A stretch of 63,775 bases of DNA, filler included, from Octopus bimaculoides (taxonomy: Eukaryota), in the NCBI RefSeq assembly GCF_001194135.2. It is 7 parts of 6 records of this genome, joined end to end, with 100 filler letters (N's around TTAATTAATTAA, not from the genome) between each part and the next. Parts side by side here need not be neighbours in the genome. Positions count along the whole stretch, not along the records: positions 1 to 20,229 come from NC_068981.1; 6 more parts are not named here. One strand, given 5' to 3'. The position numbers and the translations under genes are program-made. Under the pieces are notes generated by a model that searched no databases, was not told where the DNA came from, and saw only the letters and a program-made list of their open reading frames with translations. Shown in pieces: positions 1 to 11,133 of this stretch; position 1 is the stretch's first letter; each line of letters begins with the position of its first letter.

Positions 1-31
1 TATATAAACATATATTCTTTAGAGGTTGAAA

Positions 32-258
32 CCATGCTGTTGCACCGTCTTTACTGCGTCTGGGAATTTTTCCAGTATTGCTTCTGGTGAAGTAGAGAGT
101 TGGACATTGCTGCTCTTCTTTGTGCGGTACATTTGAAAGAAGGAACTAGATGGCACTGCACAGTATCAAAGGTCCCATCATCTCCATCGAGGACACGAAC
201 CCAATATTGCAATAGCTTGGGATTCAATGGACCATAACTTTTTAATACCCTACCACAG
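32..258. mobile_element. Rearranged fragments of the same LINE family (32-125 inverted; 143-258 direct)
   Basis: 32-125 is the reverse complement of ~1539-1631; 143-258 matches ~1322-1437 in direct orientation, both with scattered mismatches. Confidence 0.85.
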
Positions 259-1660
259 GCCTATCTCTCTGATCTCACATGTCAGCAGGATCATGGAACG
301 CATTGTCAAAAAAAAAAGACTGACTTCGTTCTTAGAGGAAAATGACTTGCTTACAGACTCGTAACATAGCTTCCGTCCTGGACGGAGTTGCCTAACACAG
401 CTACTGCAGTACTTCGACTGGATACTAAAACAGCAGCACAACCATTCAAATGTGGATGTGATATGTCTTGATTTTGCCAAAGCGGTTGACAAAGTCGATC
501 ATGGGATGATATGTCACAAATTGCGATGGTAGACTGGGAGAGTGGCTACATGATTTCCTGATGGGCAGAAGTCAGGCTGTCACAGCAAATAGTGCTCTCT
601 CTGAAGGAAGTGACACTAATCCTCAGTGGAATTCCCCCAGCGAACAGTGTTGGGTCCACTACTGTTTGTGGTTGCTCTCTCGGACATGCCCTCAGCCATA
701 GAGTCAACCACATTCACCAGCTACGCCGATGATACAAAAGTATCGCAAGCAGTCAAGCATCCTACTGACATACTAAGACTATAGAATGACTTGAACGCAA
801 TACATAAATGGACTGATGAGAACAATATGCAATGCAATGGCGCAAAATTTCAAGCACTCCGCTATCAGCCCCAAAACAATCTACAACTGAAGTACACGGG
901 ACCAGCAAGCAATGTAACCCCACAGTTAGAGTCGGTGCGTGACCTGGGAATCCACATGAGCAACGATGCAACTTTCCACATTGTTCAGATGGCAACACTA
1001 TGCAGGTGGGTGTCAGGTTGGATCCTTAGATCCTTCAGGATTAGGCACAGAGACACAATGCTTCTGCTTTGGAGAACCTTTGTCGTCGGTCGTCTGGTCT
1101 ACTGCTCGAAACTATGGTCCTCACAGAGGAACTAGAAGCGATCCAACACCACTACACAAAGAAAATAGATTCAGTAAATCACCTGAGCTACTGGGAGAGG
1201 TTGAGGGAACTGGGATTCTACTCCCTGGAGAGAAGACGTGAGAGATATACAGTGCTATACATATGGAACATAATGGAGGATCTAGCTCCAAATTTCGGAA
1301 TCCAAATCTACAACGATCCCCGAACTGGACGGCACTGCACAGTATCAAAGGTCCCATCATCCCCATCGAGGATACGGACCCAATATTGCAATAGCTTGGG
1401 ATTAAAAGGACCATACCTTTTTAATGCCCTACCACAGAACATAAAGGATCTGCAAGGTGTAGACATGGAAGTTTTCAAAAAAAACGTCCAGACAGATTTT
1501 TATCTGCAATTACGGATGAACCCATATCGCGGCAGGAGGCACAAAGAAGAGCGGCAACATCCAACTCGTTACTTCACCAGAAGCAATACTGGAAAAAGCC
1601 CCGGATGCAGTAAAGGTGGTCACCAGCATGGCCTCAGCCTCTGGCTGAAGCCCATAAAAA
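259..1660 (+). mobile_element. 5'-truncated, decayed CR1/L2-like LINE: RT domain, C-terminus and 3' tail
   Basis: Frameshifted translation gives RPISLISHVSRIMERIV...LDFAKAVDKVDH...SGIPQRTVLGPLLF...YADDTK...YSLERRRERY...GPYLFNALP, then a 3' UTR ending in CAGCC-TCT-GGCTG hairpin plus A run (1611-1660). Confidence 0.9.
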
Positions 1661-1687
1661 ATATATAGATATATCTATATAACTATA

Positions 1688-1919
1688 AGGCGGGAGCTGA
1701 CAGAAACGTTAGCAGGTCGGGTGAAATGCTTAGCAGTATTTCGTCTGCCGCTACGTTCTGAGTTCAAATTCCGCCGAGGTCGACTTTGCCTTTCATCCTT
1801 TCGGGGTAGATAAATTAAGTACCAGTTACGCACTGGTTCGATGTAATCGACTTAATCCCTTTGTCTGTCCTTGTTTGTCCCCTCTATGTTTAGCCCCTTG
1901 TGGGCAATGAAGAAATAAG
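1688..1919 (+). mobile_element. tRNA-derived SINE, family A
   Basis: Head GGCGGGAGCTGACAGAAACGTTAGCA, box-B-like GAGTTCAAATTCC, body ...GTCGACTTTGCCTTTCATCC...; homologous copies at 33548-33788, 51440-51660, 58196-58587, degenerate at ~13925-14090 and ~12460-12560. Confidence 0.8.
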
Positions 1920-2074
1920 ATATATCTATATAACTATAAGGCGGGAGCTGANNNNNNNNNNATATATATATATGTATATATGTATATATAAACAAATAAT
2001 GAATGAGTATATGCATATATACGTACAGGTATGTGCATACCTACGTCTACCTGTATATATAGGTGCATATCTGG

Positions 2075-2190
2075 GTACAGGACATTGCAAACAAGGGCTT
2101 CTTTCCGTTTGTCAAATCGACTCACAAGTTGGGACTGAACAGAGAAGGATATGGAAACAAACTTCTTACCACACAGCCACGTCTGCGCCT
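2075..2190 (-). mobile_element. Degenerate 5' head of SINE family B
   Basis: Reverse complement reads GGCGCAGACGTGGCTGTGTGGTAAGAAGTTTG, matching the family B head at 51871. Confidence 0.55.
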
Positions 2191-3289
2191 TTAAATATAG
2201 CTATATGTTTGATATATTAGAGAATAGAAGCATTTAATAAATTATGTAAAAAAAAACCAGAAGTGAGAGACAATCACTCAAGAATCCTAGGACACCTTAA
2301 AACCTCAACTATTTGCAGCTTTGGATATGCGTATCCCCGCTCCGATCCTAAGCCGAAACTGAGCCCTTGTACTTTTAATTCACCATCAAGTCCCCATTCA
2401 TATCCAACTTTCGTACAATTTACCGGAGACGAGGCAATATTTTTCTCTTTACCTACAATTTACATTTTAGGTGTTACTTAAATAACGCGAATTTACCCGA
2501 GGAGAAAAAGCCCACCTCTAGGTTTTCCAGATTTGTCCGTTATTGTCATGTAGCCTCAGATACCAGAGCTATCAGTCAGAGGAAATCTAGTTGACATTCT
2601 TTGATAAAGTAAAGTGTCAAGGAGGTCTTAACAATGGACTAGACAGACAGCCGGATTAGTCCCGCACTTGATAGCAGCCGTTCGATATTATATAATATTC
2701 GAGTAACAATAGTTTTATTCTGAAGCAGAATGAAAATAAATAGAATTATTGCATTTGTGTGTGTGCGCGCGCATTCATGAAAGAAGTTATAAAACGAATT
2801 TTGATCTTCCATATCTGGCATTTTATTTGCACTATTTGAGTTCAGAATTTAATTAAAATTGCGTAAAGTCTGTTCACCTGTTCCACATTAGTCATGAAAG
2901 AGGTGAACAAACAGGGCACACCTGATATGTACATAGACCAATAGCTTTCCGTGTAGCTATCACGTGCCACAGGTATTTTCCCTTCATCTTTTGTCAACTG
3001 CGATCTATGTCAAAGCCGACACCGCCACCATCATCGCAACAGATTGTAAACGACGTTGACCTACATGAGAGTTTGTATTCTCAGCGTTGCTGTTGAACGA
3101 CTGAATCCCTTGGTGACAGTAGTTTCATGGCAATTAAGAAAGTAATGAAAAGTTTGTAAAATTATGATAGCGATATCTTTTCGCAAGGCACAGGGCCAAG
3201 CTTTTTCCTTTTTAGGGTGGAAATAAATTCTATTGAAAAGTGTGTTCCATGCGGGGTGGGGTTGTGTGTGTGTGTGTGTGTGTACTAAC

Positions 3290-3494
3290 AAAAGGCCGGA
3301 TTAACTATGAAACAAAATAAGCAGCTAATGTAAGGTGTTACAGTTTGTACAGCGTCACATTTACCATGGTGTAAATGGTAACTCTAGCAGTTTTACTTCT
3401 TAAATTAATGTTTAAAATTTGTCGTTATAAATGAATGATAAATGAACTGTTTACCGCTATTTAGTGTTAAATGAATAAAATTAAAACAACAGAT

Positions 3495-3540
<46 letters not shown>

Positions 3541-3685
3541 AGCGTTTTGTAATGATGAATTTTTAATCAATTATTTCACATTCACCACTTATATCTTAAT
3601 GCCTTGCCAATGGACCAATGGAAGGTGTCGAGGGTCGCCGTTGTTGTGTTGTACTTAGGGCATAAGTTGACCTTAATCTGGCCCT
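3290..3685. mobile_element. hAT-like MITE
   Basis: Inverted termini GGCCGGATTAA / TTAATCTGGCC; 8-bp flanking near-duplication GTACTAAC (3282-3289) / GTACTAAT (3686-3693). Confidence 0.6.
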
Positions 3686-6527
3686 GTACTAATAATCTTT
3701 CTATATGAGGTCCCCCACCTCCGGTTTGAGCTATGAAAACTAAGGTCTATAGTAGCGTTATTTGAACTTGAAAACAAACGACCATACAAACCTAAATATT
3801 GAAAAGCATGAAAGTAGTTGGTACTCCACTGTGAATTTATGTATAACAATGTTTTCCTTGTTCAAGATCCACGGTTAAACTTTGTGAAGGCAGGGCGTAA
3901 AATTTAGAATTAGTTTCTTCTATCGCTACTATTTTATAATATGAAACCCCGAAAGGTGAAAAGCAAGACTGACTCTGGTGATTGACTATAATAATTGTTG
4001 TTTTGTTGTTATTGCAAAACACCAGACGATAAAGAAAAAGTTTTCAGATTTCTTTTCTTACCTCTACGTCTGATGACCTTTTTGTTTTTGTATTTTGTTT
4101 TTAATAATAATGCTTTTTTTGTGTTAAGTTTACTTTTCAATAATAATTTTTTTCCTATTGCTTGATTTTGATGTTTAGTCAAGTACTTTCTAATAAAGTG
4201 TATGTTAACCAACAACGACTGTTTGTGTTTATCATTAACCTGTTGGACTTCTTATAAAATAAATGAAGTCAGCTTTCTTCAACTTTAAATTTATATAAAT
4301 ACATGAAGCTAGACATGTACAACGTCCCGGGTCAAGTCGAGGTGTTGAAGTAAGAAATATACGTTTTTTTTAAATCTGAATTACTCTCATTCAGAATTGA
4401 GTGGGGGTGGGGGACGAGCGCAAATTGTATGTAATTTACGACAAAATGTTTTAGTATAAACCTGTATGAATACCTATCCATATGATAAATACGTGTATAT
4501 TGTTAAAAAAAAATACAGCAGAAATCCTCTCGTCTTATTAGGATATGCAGGACAACCGTTACTTTACGTATCCTTCCTTACATAATCCAGTGGAGCGTAA
4601 GCTGGGACAGATTTGGCTGCTATTTCTAGCAGACAGAGCGATCGCAAAATAGGCTACCACGTCGGTTCGTTATGTGCAACGTTACTGTTTGCTGTATGGT
4701 TGTTGCGGCTTCACTAATAATTTTCTTTACCGACTATCATAATTAGTCCCTTACTAACAAGAAGTGAATTACTCCCTCGTTATCTTTGCCTCACCCTTTC
4801 TCTTTCTTCCAATAGTTTCCTTGTCTCTTTCATACCACTTACTACTCGCTCAATCATTCACTCACCCTCTCTCTTTCACTCACCCATGCACTATCTTTCA
4901 TTTTCACGTACTCTTCTCTTTCACTCTCTTACTCGCTCCCCCGACTGTCACTTCGTTTTACTTTGTCTCCCTCCTTCTATCTCTCTAACTGTAAATGAAA
5001 TAAAGCCATTCACAGGACACTATTCACTTTTCACTCCCCTTATTCGTTTTCTAATTCTCTTTCTCGTCTCTCTTTCCTCATTCTCTTCTTACTTTATCGG
5101 TGTCTCTTACTCCCTTTCCAAGAATACTCGAAAAGAAGAAAGACACGCTCTAGCTTTCATTTTTCTATCTATCTATCTATCTATCTATCCCGCTCATTCG
5201 AATTCTGACTCTCCTCTTCCTACTCCTCCACTCCTCGTTCTCTCGGGACACGCTTAGCAGAGGCAGCTTGGCATATTGCCAGCCGAGTTTAGCAGCCGAT
5301 TTTTACACACAGGAATAACTATCACGTTTATTTAAACCAAGCAACAATATTGGAAAAGGGATAAAGAGTGGGAAGGGAGCAAAAGGAGGAAGAAAAAAAA
5401 AAGAGGGAGATACAGTGAGAAAAAAGAGAGAAAGTGGGAGAGAAATCGAGATGGATGAGAAAGAGGGAAAAAGTTTGTAAAAAAAGAAAAAAGAAAGAAA
5501 ATGGGGGAAAGACCTGCATAAACGGAAGCGATAGTAACCAAAAACATTAAAAAGAAAACGGGCTGGGTTTTTCATAGTTTTCTTTACACCTTTTTTTTTT
5601 CTTTGTTTCATCTATTTCAAAATACAGGGTTATTTTGTCACTCAATCACTAACTGACTGGCTTAAAACTCCTTCGCTCCTTTTCCATCTACACTCAGTCA
5701 GTCACTCACTCCCACTACCTTCACTCATTTTACTAGTTTCTCTTCATCTCACCACTGCCACCACCACCATTACTATCGTCTCTCTTCCCACCTGTACAAC
5801 AACAACTGAACTGTCCACGTTACTTAGTTATATACGGCCCACCGGTCCGGTCGGTCGGTCGACACATGAATGGAGGCCTTTTCTTTTTGTTTATCACCAT
5901 CATTCCCATTATTATTATTACTATTATTATTAATACTATCACAACAGTCTTTACCGGTGTGGACACTGGAGGTGTTATTTTCCACTTAAAACCATGAACA
6001 GTCGACAAAAATCTTGGACATAACGTCAAATCGCTATCGTTTGTAAATTATTCATATTTTGTTTTTATTTTTTGTTTGTGTGTGTGTGGTTTTGTTTTCT
6101 GCCGCAACAGGGGGAAAAAAGAAAAGGAAAAGGTCACCCTACCCCCATAAAAACACAAGGTGTTTGTTCGAGAATAGCTTAAACCGCTTCTATCCCCTCC
6201 ATATTATAAACACACACACAGCTTATATATATATATATATATATATAGCCCTATTGTTTATTGAAAACAAAAATCACTTCCTTTTCAGTCTCTCGCTTTG
6301 TTAGATTAAAGATAAAACTTAAAAGCTAATCAGTTTTACCTTGTGTAGAAAAAAAAAAAAGTGAAATAAAACAGAAAATAGATAAAAAAAAAATTATCAG
6401 TCGTGGGTGAAGGCAATAACAAATAACAAAGTGTATACCTAACTTGTTTTACTGTACCTCGGCCTTTTACACTTTTTACTGAAGCAGAGAGAGAATAAGG
6501 TACACTTAAGGACAGATCCCGGAAAAT

Positions 6528-6612
6528 ATGACAAACCGGGGGAGTAGGTTACATTTTATGTGGATATTTATCCTTGGATATTTACTCTGGAGTCCTCATG
6601 CTTCGGCAAACG
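6528..6612 (+). CDS. Probable first coding exon encoding a signal peptide (MTNRGSRLHFMWIFILGYLLWSPHASAN + 1 nt), host gene unidentified
   Basis: Branch-like CTAAC 6439-6443, pyrimidine tract, AG at 6483-6484 (or CAG 6485-6487), ATG 6528, basic n-region, hydrophobic FMWIFILGYLLW, A-S-A cleavage motif, phase-1 donor G|GTGAGT at 6612/6613 followed by T-rich intron-like sequence. Confidence 0.6.
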
Positions 6613-8022
6613 GTGAGTTTTTTTTTTGTTTTTTTTTAATTATCATTATTAAAGTTTTCGCTATATTTCAAGTCTTGCCTTTGTAGCATTTAATGAAATT
6701 ATAGATGTGATATTATTATTGTTATTATTATTATTGTCATCTTTATTATTACAGTTGATTACGTTGAGATTGGTTTTGTTTTTCATAATGTTCGATCTAT
6801 CGATGTATATAAATGGATTTCAGTAAAATAAAGAAAAGAAAAAAAATAATAAACATGGCTTTAAAGAGTAAAAAGCCAACGATAAGCTGATTATGCGACC
6901 CGGTTTCAATGTTTGTAACTAATGCTTATTTATTTTTCGTTATAAATCTAACCCGGCAAATGCTAGTGCTACATAAAGAAATTACTGTTATTTCCTTTAA
7001 ACAGCATACAATTCGTTTATATATAATTATTTTGTTACGCGTTAAGTGTCAACCAAAGCCCGAACTGGTATCCGCTTAGGGAGCCGGTCTTACCTTGGTG
7101 TCTGGTCTCATTAATGTAATTCGAAAATTTCATCGTAGTTCACCACACAGGTAAATAGTAACATAATCATCTGTTCTCACCTCCCCTCCTTTCATTTTCG
7201 AATTTTCTGTCGTGCTGGTTTTCTTGTCGTGTGTTAATCTTATGATACACACATGGGCATTATTACAACATCTAGTTTACTTCTCTGTCCAATAAATATG
7301 ACCTGCAGCTCAACTAAAAACGCCAGCGCCAAGCATCGGAGATTTCGCTACGTTAACATCCCCACGACATCTGGGCTCTGCGTTCAAATTTTGTTGAAGT
7401 TGTATTTTTGCATTTCGTCCCTTCATGGTTAATCAAAATACGATGTCAGTCATGTATTGTCGATTTTACTGATAATAATAGTATTCAATGCTAAGTAGAA
7501 AGAAATAAGCTACTGCTCAAGATACTGCGGAAGCGACCGGGTTTCGAATCTCTGTTCAGAACGTGCCACTTCGCTCGTACTCGCAAAAGGAAATTAAAAC
7601 GGCCTGAACATTGTACATATATCTATTCCACTCCAAGCACTCACACATACTCTCTCTCTCTCCCTTTCTCTCTTTCTTTCTCTCTGTCCTGTGAATGTGC
7701 TTAAATAAGAAATCAATATCTTATGTGTGTGTGTGAGTGAGAGAGAGAAAGCGGAGAACCTGAGTAGACGATGGGAAGGCAGGCTCCCAGTTATTCGAAT
7801 TTGCGACACCGTTTCATTATTATGTATGAGGCTATTTCACATGTTAACTTGTGCATGTTAATAAAGGCCTTAACCTGACTAGTTCCCCCAAACTACTTTC
7901 CCCTGCAAACAGTCGTATTGGTTTCTTTTAAGTCTTGGGTGAAGAGTCGCTCTAATATGAAATAAAATTCATAAATAAATGAATAAAAGTAGAATTAACT
8001 ACAGAGCCCTTACGTAGTTCTT

Positions 8023-8312
8023 ATTGTTTAACCCCAAGTCAACCCCGAACAAGTAAGTAGACCTATGATCAAAGATAGTCTAATCGTGACCATGCCGTTT
8101 TATATGCTGAGAAACGAGAACCACATTATACAACGAGTTGAGGTCGCTTGGCCTAGTAGAAATAGCAGTAAAATCTTTAAATCACATCAAAAGCATTAAG
8201 AAAAAAGGACACATTGGATGATATAGTCCTATATACATATTGTATCTGAGGTAAATAAGATAGTCACGACTGGAATGTCTTTTATCACGGTTGAGTTGGG
8301 GCCTAAGCTACA
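8023..8312. mobile_element. Repeat family E (interspersed, internally inverted, MITE-like)
   Basis: 8060-8093 GACCTATGATCAAAGATAGTCTAATCGTGACCAT is an imperfect inverse of 8262-8292; the motif CTAGAAATAGCAG...AAATCAC recurs near 9510, 10000, 13050 (-), 13590 (-), 35510, 40805. Confidence 0.5.
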
Positions 8313-9054
8313 GCAGAATATACGCAGATTTATAATTCATTCTGTCTCTTCCGCTTTCTTTCTCACTCTTTCTCTTTCATTGTAAGTTTGCATACTTAAA
8401 TAATACCACTTCTAATAGTGTTACTATCTGTATTGTCATCGTAAGTTGTGCCACCACCACCCTTCTACCTCTACACTTAATTTAAATTTAATTTCTTTAT
8501 CACTCAATCAATTTAAATTGAAAACTTCTACATCGTTACCGAGTACACTTGAGAAATGTAAACATCAATGCGCACTCACGTAAATTCACATACACACATC
8601 CACATTCACGCACTCACGTATATGCACCGACACACACACACTGCATGTCTACATTAAGCCATTCATAGACACACATACACACATATACACACACACACAT
8701 CAACGCACTCATACAGTATGTTTATACATATATTCACACCATAGCGTATGTAATCAACATACAAACACATACGCATGTGTAGATTACGACATAGATGTAA
8801 GTAAAATGGACCCTGTCGGCTTCAACGATTAGTTCGACAGTTGTTCCATCAGCTGAACTACTAACTGACTTGATTGTAGGTTAAGTGGCTGAGTATTCCA
8901 CAAACACTTGTAGTCTTAACGTAATCTAGGGGCAGAATCCCTGTGATAGAAGTGTGTGAAAATGTGAAAAGCGTCTCCCTTTAAATCACATGTCCGATCG
9001 TAAATCCGAGGGGCTTCCATAGTTTCCGTTTATCTTATATATTTTTTTTTTCAC

Positions 9055-9190
9055 TCACACTACTTGAGTTACTTCAGTCCTGATTATGATAAAAGACAAA
9101 CATGTTGCCAAGCACCTGAACCGAACCCGCGATCTCGTGATTGCGAAGCGAACTAACCAATCGGCCATGTGTCTGCGCGCTGACGATAAC
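9055..9190 (-). mobile_element. 5' head of tRNA-derived SINE family C
   Basis: Reverse complement GCGCAGACACATGGCCGATTGGTTAG...GGGTTCGGTTCAGG has box A/B-like motifs; similar to heads at 34240-34320, 55780-55848, 45945-46005. Confidence 0.55.
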
Positions 9191-10396
9191 ACATAAATGT
9201 ACTTACGGTATATATATATATATATTACATACATATTATGCATTACCTACACAAATATGCCCTACCTCCGACTTGGTTTCCTTATGCCTATGTGTGTGTG
9301 TGTAAATATACACACACACACACATGTATGTATGTATGTGTGTGTATATATATTCATATATGTGCGTAATCTCAGGAACATGCGTGTACTCGTGCAATAC
9401 CATCAACACGTACATACATTCATTCAAACAGATTCAAAGTTACACATGCATTACACTGCATACAACTCGGCGAGCTAACGATGGAGATTTTACGTGGTCG
9501 ATCGATTGCTAGAAATAGGAGTCGAAGCTTTCTTATATCACACCTTATTGTTTTAAAAAAAAGGAAGGACACATTTGATCATGTAGTCCTCGGTATATAC
9601 TATTTTTGAATAAAATTTGTATTGGCCACGGCTGCAACGCCTTTGATTTTGATTGTATATGTTTGCTCGATCAAATCGCGGGCAAAATAACCGTTTTTGT
9701 TTACTCGTTTATCAACCAACTTATATATATGTATACATGTTTACCAACGGGTATTACACACATTTACCAAAATACTGCTTACACGTTTACCAGTCAACCA
9801 TTACGCTATATTTACCAACCAGCTCGTACGTACACACTTTTGTCACTTCTGTACGTTACACATGTTTACGAACCCATCCTTACACATGTTTATCAACCAA
9901 CCCGTACGCCTGGTAATATACATACATAACACGTTAGTCAACTAAACCGTACATACACGTATAGTAAGCAAAGTAGGGTTTCTACGTGGTCGTTTGACTT
10001 GCTAGAAATAGCAGCTAAATCATCCTTGAAATCACAGACTACGGTCTTATAGGAGGGAATGAATGAATGAATGAGAAGGAAGGAAGGAAGGAAGAACACA
10101 TTGAATAGTGTATGCCGTCATACACAATGTCTAAAAAGAAGTGGGGGAAATCGATGGGACGTCACGGCTAGAATGTCTTTGATCAAAGGCCTGGTCAACG
10201 AGGACAGACATGGTGCTTAAACAACAATTCGTTACGTGTGTGTGTGTTTGTAAACCAGTGAGAAAGCAATGTTTCTTTACATGTACGAGTTCTATAACGA
10301 AGACCGAAGTGCTGTGTGTCGTGTAATGAGGGAGTTCTCGTATCGCGGGATTGATTAATACTTCTTTCTCTTATATCTCTTTGTTGAATATGAACG

Positions 10397-10449
<53 letters not shown>
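10397..10449. repeat. (CA)n microsatellite (representative of dozens of CA/TA/CT runs)
   Basis: Direct reading. Confidence 0.95.
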
Positions 10450-10452
<3 letters not shown>

Positions 10453-10680
10453 CGCGCGCACTCACTCATACACATGTGTGTACAGATAATACAGATAGTG
10501 GTTCTTAATTATATTCTTAAAAAAGTGCTGCTTATTTTTTCTTTCGTTTCATAGGTACGTGCGCACGCGTATGTATGTATTTATATATAAAATGTATGTC
10601 TATGTATATATATATGTATATAGATATATATACATGTTTATATTATATCTATATATTTATATATATATATATATATGCAT

Positions 10681-10717
<37 letters not shown>

Positions 10718-11088
10718 TATGTGTGTGTGTGTGTGTCGATATACGTATGTATATATGTCTATAGATGTGTATATGCTTATGTGTATATGCTTATGTGTAT
10801 ACATCTATACATATTTATATATGCGGTTATGTGTGTGTATCAGCATGGCCGCAGCTCTGAGCTGAAACTTTGAAATGAAATGAAATGAAATATATATATA
10901 TATATGTCTGTGTGTATGCTTATATGTGTTTATGTGTATATGTGTTTTTGTCTATATATGTGTATGTCTATATATACGTGTATACATGTGTGTGTGTGTA
11001 ATGTATGTACTATATTAATTAAATTTTTACTTATTTTCAACACTGTTAATTATGAGATCGTGAAGACAGGATTGAATTTTGTACCTTA

Positions 11089-11133
<45 letters not shown>

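Noticed and set aside
2275-2460. About 62-codon open frame on minus (...VGYEWGLDGELKVQGLSFGLGSERGYAYPKL...)
   Set aside because: Stop-to-stop, no ATG, no clear splice sites, no recognised family.
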